From Eukaryota sp. TZLM1-RC (lineage: Eukaryota > Protista > Metamonada: BaSk clade): a stretch of 64,000 nt of DNA. The translations under genes were made by a program, and so were the position numbers. Location: contig JAUPSS010000013.1 in assembly GCA_040285825.1 (NCBI GenBank), forward strand, positions 186,001-250,000, read 5' to 3'. Position 1 is the first letter of the stretch. Each line of letters starts with the position of its first letter. Below, in pieces: positions 58,501-64,000 of this stretch. A model generated the notes under the pieces. It was not told the origin of the DNA and did not search any database. It saw only the letters and a program-made list of their open reading frames with translations.

Positions 58501-59530
58501 AAAGAGAAACATAGAAAATATGATAAAGATATTGAAGAGGCAAATGTCGATAGAAATACACAGCTGGTTTTTATTGCTTTCCCATTTTCGATAAATGGAA
58601 GATTATCAGTTGAAGCAGAAACTTTTTTGGATGACTTCCAAAAAATGGTGCAAGAAAAAACAATGAAAAGATTTGATATTTTTTTATGGCGTTCACGGAT
58701 TCAATTTGCCATTATTAATAGATTACCGCGGTTTTTCAATCGAATTAGAGAAGCTTTAGCTAGACAGCAAGCAGATCAAGATTTTGTAGAGGAAATCATG
58801 GTTCAATGATAGTCGTCCCATTAGTTATGAATTAATTTAATTAAGTGTGCAAATTCAATAAATACAAGTTAACAGAAATTACAACTACTCATTTGTTAAA
58901 TTGTAAACATTTTATTACTTTTAGAAGCAAGGTTCACGATGCTGTAAGAGACCAATTATATTGTATGTGTAAGTCTCATAGAATTGAATCCTTTTTGGAA
59001 CCTCTGCTGTGGAATCTGTTTGATACTGAAGATGATTTTCATAAGAATAATAGAGGTGATGTCATATTACCTGGATTAGATGGAAGCTTCATTTTATTGG
59101 ATGTACTGTCTCTTGATCCTTGTAATGCCTCAAATGAAAGTCTTGTTAATTCTGAAATTCATAATCCTCTTTCAAATGCTGGAAGTTTCAAAATCAAAAA
59201 ATACAATGAACCTTTGTCCAAATCGGCCAGTCTACAGCATGCAAATCACAATTTGTATCCATTTGTATTTTCTCTTTTTGGTTCACTTGCTCCAGCGGCT
59301 ATACGTTTTTTGGAAGATTTTGAAATGTGTAAAGAGAAGAACTAACAGAAATTTCAACAGATTGTTTCGGTAAAATAGAATTGTGTTTTCTAATTTTAAG
59401 GGATCTTGAAGATGGTTTCTGATGCTTTGCTTTCTCTTGGATCTCACTATGAGAGAGTTGCAGCTAGTGTTTTTGTTTTGGGAGATGGATTATTGAGATG
59501 TTGATTTATAGGTTTTTAATAAAAAAATTA
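55560..59530 (+). mobile_element. Nest of non-LTR 3' fragments: A-like (55560-56265), B (56270-57520), A (57528-59530) with a B copy inserted at 57846-58873
   Basis: Homology to 26140-27450 and 7510-8475. TSD AGAAATTACAA at 57835-57845 and 58874-58884. Confidence 0.9.
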
Positions 59531-59597
59531 AATTAATTTTTTTAAAAAGCAAAATAGAACAAAGTTGACTCTTCATTATTAGACAACATCGTCTCCC

Positions 59598-60590
59598 ATG
59601 AAATACCATCTCTATACAACAATCTCTACTCCCCATCGGGAGTGTAAATGTGTATGCACTACTCCCTCTGGGTCGATTTGGGTAGGTGGTGATTATAGCT
59701 CTCCTACTATCATCGAATACACTTTTGATCCTTCTTTAGGTATGTGGAAACAGTCCCGCACACTCTCTGATGGACACACTAACTTTATTACCAAAATCAT
59801 ACATTTTTCAGCCACATCTGATTATCCAGAACGTCTCTTCACATCTGGAGGTGATGGTAACATCATACAGTGGGATCTGAATACATGTTCTCCATCAATG
59901 TTTTACACTGGACACACATCCGCTGTTTCATCCATTTCGATCCACAACAACACCCTCTTTTCCTCATCGTGGGATCACACCATCTGCAAGTTTGATATCA
60001 TCACTGGCAAATGCCAAGCCGTCCTCAAAGATCATCAGCTCCCCATCAATGATGTACTTGCTCTCAGTGATGATCTTGTTCTCTCCGCAAGCTCTGATAA
60101 GACTGTCAAGCTGTGGTCCAACAACACAGTTCTCGCTACTGCAGGAGGACACCCAGACATTGTCAAAAGAGTCGTTCCTTCAACCGAGCCGGGGGTCTTT
60201 GTTTCCATTTGTAATGATGGTGCAGTAAGGTTTTGGAGTTTGGAGAAGATGGTTTGCTTGAAAAGTTTGTTTTGTCACTCCCATTTTGTTTATGGTCTGG
60301 CTCTTGGGAAACTTGGTGATAGTGAGGTTGCAGTCAGCGGGGGTGAAGATCAGCAACTGATTGTTACTATAAATAGAACCCCAGTTCAAAACTTGGCCGT
60401 CCCTCAGGTTGTTTGGGCTTTAGACTTTCTATACAATGGAGACGTGGTTGCTGGGTTTGCTGATGGTTTTGTTCGAGTTTTTTCATTTGATCAAGGAAGA
60501 AAAGCTAGTGAGGAAGACATTGTTGCTTATAATCAATTGGTTGAGGAGAGTCTAAATAGGAGAGCATTACACTCTAGTGGAATAAACTGA
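59598..60590 (+). CDS. WD40 protein similar to the N-terminal propeller of PLAA/Doa1
   Basis: GH..FI, SSSWDHT, SASSDKTVKLW, GH.D.VK, SICNDG.VR.W, H..FVY, SGGED, NGDVVAGFADG.VRVFS....R.A.EE. Confidence 0.75.
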   Translation: MKYHLYTTISTPHRECKCVCTTPSGSIWVGGDYSSPTIIEYTFDPSLGMWKQSRTLSDGHTNFITKIIHFSATSDYPERLFTSGGDGNIIQWDLNTCSPSMFYTGHTSAVSSISIHNNTLFSSSWDHTICKFDIITGKCQAVLKDHQLPINDVLALSDDLVLSASSDKTVKLWSNNTVLATAGGHPDIVKRVVPSTEPGVFVSICNDGAVRFWSLEKMVCLKSLFCHSHFVYGLALGKLGDSEVAVSGGEDQQLIVTINRTPVQNLAVPQVVWALDFLYNGDVVAGFADGFVRVFSFDQGRKASEEDIVAYNQLVEESLNRRALHSSGIN

Positions 60591-60957
60591 TGTACATGTG
60601 GAATTTATTAATAAACTTAATGGGTTGGGTTGGGCTTGAAAGATTTGAACACCCTAAAAGTTTGACGTATTGGAACCTAAGAATTAGGTAATTTTTGAAT
60701 TATTTAAATGTTGAATTATAAATAAAAAAGCAATAAATAGTAAACAGCAACTGTTTTGCAAACTCTTGAACCCAATACTTGGTCAAGGAGTACATTAAAA
60801 CAAATGATTTCATTTGAGAATATGAATTGAAGTCATTTTGATTTGTTTTTAAAGATTATAAAACAATCTTTAATGTGTGAGAATATATTCAGAAAAAAAA
60901 GTCAAAATTAGACGACTGTCAATTCCACAAATGAGGCGACATTGGAACATTTACATC

Positions 60958-61914
60958 TTAATAAACTTTATTTTCACAAACACAGCCAAGACAAAAGCAA
61001 CGATTGTTATTGTCTTGGACATAAAACTGTCCCACAGCTTTGAAACAACTTCTGCATTTCATTTTGGGTTTTCTCTTGCTGACGTGTAGTTTAAAATTGA
61101 AAAACTGCTTACTACGGTCAAGCCTCTCCTTTAGAGATTCCTGATCCTCCAAGTCCAATATTGGTAGAATAAAATCTTCTATTGTGTTGTTAAACGAAAT
61201 GGATCTTCTTGGACCACTTGTAATTAGTGATCGGCAGTGCGGGCAGGTGATTTCATCTTTGCCATCATTTGTGAGTAACCACATGACGAGACAATTAAAA
61301 CAAAAAGAATGTTGGCAATCGACAGTATGGGCGTCTACCAGAATATCATGACAAATACAACACATGGTTGAGTCAAGATTAGAATTAACTGACTGCTGAG
61401 CTGGCAGTGACACGTCATCATTCTCTTGTAAACGTGATATCTTTCGTGGAGGACTGCTCACTTTGGTGGAAGTTGGTCTCTTTAACCCTGCCACACAAGG
61501 AGTATCTGATGTAGGAGGTACCTGTTGAGAAGGAGCTTGAACTAATAAGGAGAGACTTTCCGATGCATCGTCTTCTATGACGAACGTTGGGAGACCTTCA
61601 CCATTACCATCACCAACATCGCCACAACAAATAGCAATAGTGGAGCCAAACGTAAGAGGGATGGGCTTCCTCATGTTTCTCATCAACTCTCCATTGACAC
61701 GTGTTCCATTTAAAGAAGTATCAAGGAGAACCCATTTAGAATCTTGGTACGAGATGACGAAGTGTCTTCGCGACACTGTTGCGTTATGGTCAGTGACAAC
61801 AAGATCACAAGTATCCAACCGGCCAATTGTGTAAGTTTTTGAATTGTCCACCAAATGGAGCAGAGACTTTTCTATAGTACATGATCCTTCATTGATAAGT
61901 TTTAGAAAAGGCAT
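60958..61914 (-). CDS. FHA + RING E3 ubiquitin ligase (RNF8/CHFR-like architecture)
   Basis: FHA: IGR, VSRRH, DTSLNGTRVN. C3HC4 RING: CCIC...CQHSFCFNC...CPHCR. Extra C-terminal CxxC..CxxC. Confidence 0.85.
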   Translation of the reverse strand: MPFLKLINEGSCTIEKSLLHLVDNSKTYTIGRLDTCDLVVTDHNATVSRRHFVISYQDSKWVLLDTSLNGTRVNGELMRNMRKPIPLTFGSTIAICCGDVGDGNGEGLPTFVIEDDASESLSLLVQAPSQQVPPTSDTPCVAGLKRPTSTKVSSPPRKISRLQENDDVSLPAQQSVNSNLDSTMCCICHDILVDAHTVDCQHSFCFNCLVMWLLTNDGKDEITCPHCRSLITSGPRRSISFNNTIEDFILPILDLEDQESLKERLDRSKQFFNFKLHVSKRKPKMKCRSCFKAVGQFYVQDNNNRCFCLGCVCENKVY

Positions 61915-62317
61915 GGCATTGACAAAGAACACAGGAAGATGAGAAGGGCGAGATTATGTCAATTTCACTTTTTGAATTGCCGGGAAAAATTCTGTTAGGA
62001 TTTCTTCGCCAATTTCTCCAAATAAGAGGTATTCAATAATCATAATCCTTAATCTTCTTCATAATCCGTTTTCTTGACGATTGTTGAATTGGTGGATCAA
62101 TTTTGTCATTCGTTGTATAGGATTTGTCTTTATTTTAATTTAGGATTTGCTCTTCAATATTATGAAAAACTATTTAAGAAAATAGAAGTAACTGCGATGT
62201 ACACAATGCTTTCAATAATGAGGTCAATTTCATTTGAGATCATTCTAACAGACATTTCAAAAGAATAGCTAATTTAAAAACTTTACAAATCAATAAACCG
62301 AAAATTACTAAGAAAGA

Positions 62318-63815
62318 CTATTCAAAGAAAGAGCCAGTCAAAACTCTAACCAAATTAACACCGAAAACCACACTAAAAAAACCTAAAACTAAGAATACCC
62401 AAAATTTGGATTCAAAACTAGATCCCAGAGTATTGAATCTAAAGCTACTAGGAAATTCCAATCTAGCCCGCCTTCGTGCATATAAAACAAACAGGCAAGG
62501 AAAGCCTAGCATAATCCACGAACCAGCAAAAGTACCGACTAAGCTAATAACGGTTTTCAAAGAGGTGGTCATTAAACCAATGGAGAGAGGAACCACTAGA
62601 GAAAATGCATTGCAGAACGGTCTCGACAGTTTGGAATCAGGTTTGAATGGTAAAAACTGTTCCAAATTATTACGCAGAGTCATGACAATCAGGGGATAAA
62701 GCGTAATGAAAATAAACAGTGGGAACAACAACAACATCCATGAGACAAAAGGATGATCATAACTGGCAAAATTTTGTAAGTACAATGTCTGAATTCTGCA
62801 AGGAACACCAGGGGTATTATCACAATGGTCGGGCAAATGGGGTGAGCTGAATGCAAATACAGCAGATGAGCAAAGCAAAACATACGATGTAGCCATCAAA
62901 GCAAAAGCTCTCCGTAAGACAGTGGAAGCATCCTTATGATCTTTCAATGGAGTAATAGTAGATGCTAACGAGTGGTGACCTGTGGTAAGTGGAAGAAACA
63001 AACAGACAAACACATCATAGAGTAAGTGGTGCCTCCAAACAAAAGAGGCAGCTTTTTCCATTTAAACACTGGAATATGTTCTCTGGGTGTACCTTCGCCT
63101 CTGAAAATAAACACAAAACCTAAATAAATCATAGTGTAAAAAGCACAAATTCGCAAAACTAGAGTGATACGTTGCAGTACCTTTGTTTTCTGATAGTCAG
63201 CTAACGACAGAGGGGTGATGATTAGTCCAAACACCACGATGATGAGCCGGTGGAGATTCATTCCAGTAAATGTGAACCCGAAGACAGACACAGAATCTCC
63301 AAAGATTTGCACAACTGCGACTGGTACACCTGTGGCATAGACTACTAGATCAAGAAGGAAGTAGAGTAAAAAAATTGTGGAGAACAACAATCTTAAAAAT
63401 GGGGGAAAGAGAACATCAGAAAGTTTGGAGTACTCAATGCGCCTGTTTAAGTGAAAGGGTTGTTGGTTTTTGACCATCAATTTAGTTATGATATCAACCT
63501 CATCAGCATCACTGTTGAGAGACTGGTGTTTATCGAACAAAGCATTGACAATAGAATTAGATTCTACCACAAAAGTAGAGGTGATGTAAGCGAAGATTGA
63601 CAAAATCATGATAAATAATGAGCCCAGGAGAAAACCAACCTCCTCAAAAACCTTGGGAAGACTCATGGATCCACTAATATCAAACAAAGAATGAAGTCAC
63701 GTACATTCCTACAGCATAAAGTTAGAGAATGGTGAGATTGACACACCATGTTAAAAGTGAATGCCAGAGCACTCAAAGGAGAGATCCGTTGTCCAACAGA
63801 AGTGCCACCCGCCAT
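62318..63815 (-). CDS. Amino-acid transporter family protein (TMEM104-like); introns 63716-63746, 63674-63704, 62980-63011
   Basis: Spliced FNMAVGIGSMSLPKVF..G, T.TFVVES, Q.TK.LQ.IT..LR, FG...YSMMCHHSL. About 11 TM segments. Confidence 0.85.
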
Positions 63816-64000
63816 AAGTAAGGTAAATCAAAAAAGATAGAGAATCAAATTGATGAATTTGCTTTATTGGACCCTGAACAAATATTAAGGGTGTAATTTA
63901 GATTTAGTTTCATTCTTGATGACGTGACACACACTTAAATGAGATGTATTAGTATAATAAATGTCTTTTCCCACATATCAAGGGTGATATCTGATTAATG

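Noticed and set aside
1-64000. Alternative genetic code (stop reassignment) to explain interrupted ORFs
   Set aside because: Conserved genes end at TAA, TAG and TGA at expected positions; interruptions are explained by introns or transposon decay.

Overview
AT-rich, gene-dense region of a unicellular eukaryote. It uses the standard code, since TAA, TAG and TGA all act as stops. Host genes: CNOT1/NOT1, a Rab2/4/14-group GTPase, casein kinase 1, a hybrid histidine kinase, an M1 aminopeptidase, a divergent histone H4, two identical tRNA-Pro(TGG) genes, and likely DRAM/Frag1-, DMAP1-, PLAA-, FHA-RING- and TMEM104-like genes. About 30% of the window is nested CRE-like non-LTR retrotransposons (RT plus restriction-like endonuclease) from at least 5 subfamilies. 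There is also a Ty3/gypsy 3' end, a gag-only LTR element with a 4-bp TSD, and a non-autonomous hAT element. Two signals are absent from the ORF track. (1) Fifteen predicted tiny introns (27-37 nt) have an almost fixed branch-point-to-3'SS distance. They include a CT-AG intron in histone H4, a probable GT-AT intron, and 6-nt and 11-nt microexons. (2) Three decayed Fanzor (eukaryotic TnpB/OMEGA nuclease) remnants are present, one followed by two hairpins where an omegaRNA would lie. All calls come from manual translation and motif recognition; no searches were run.
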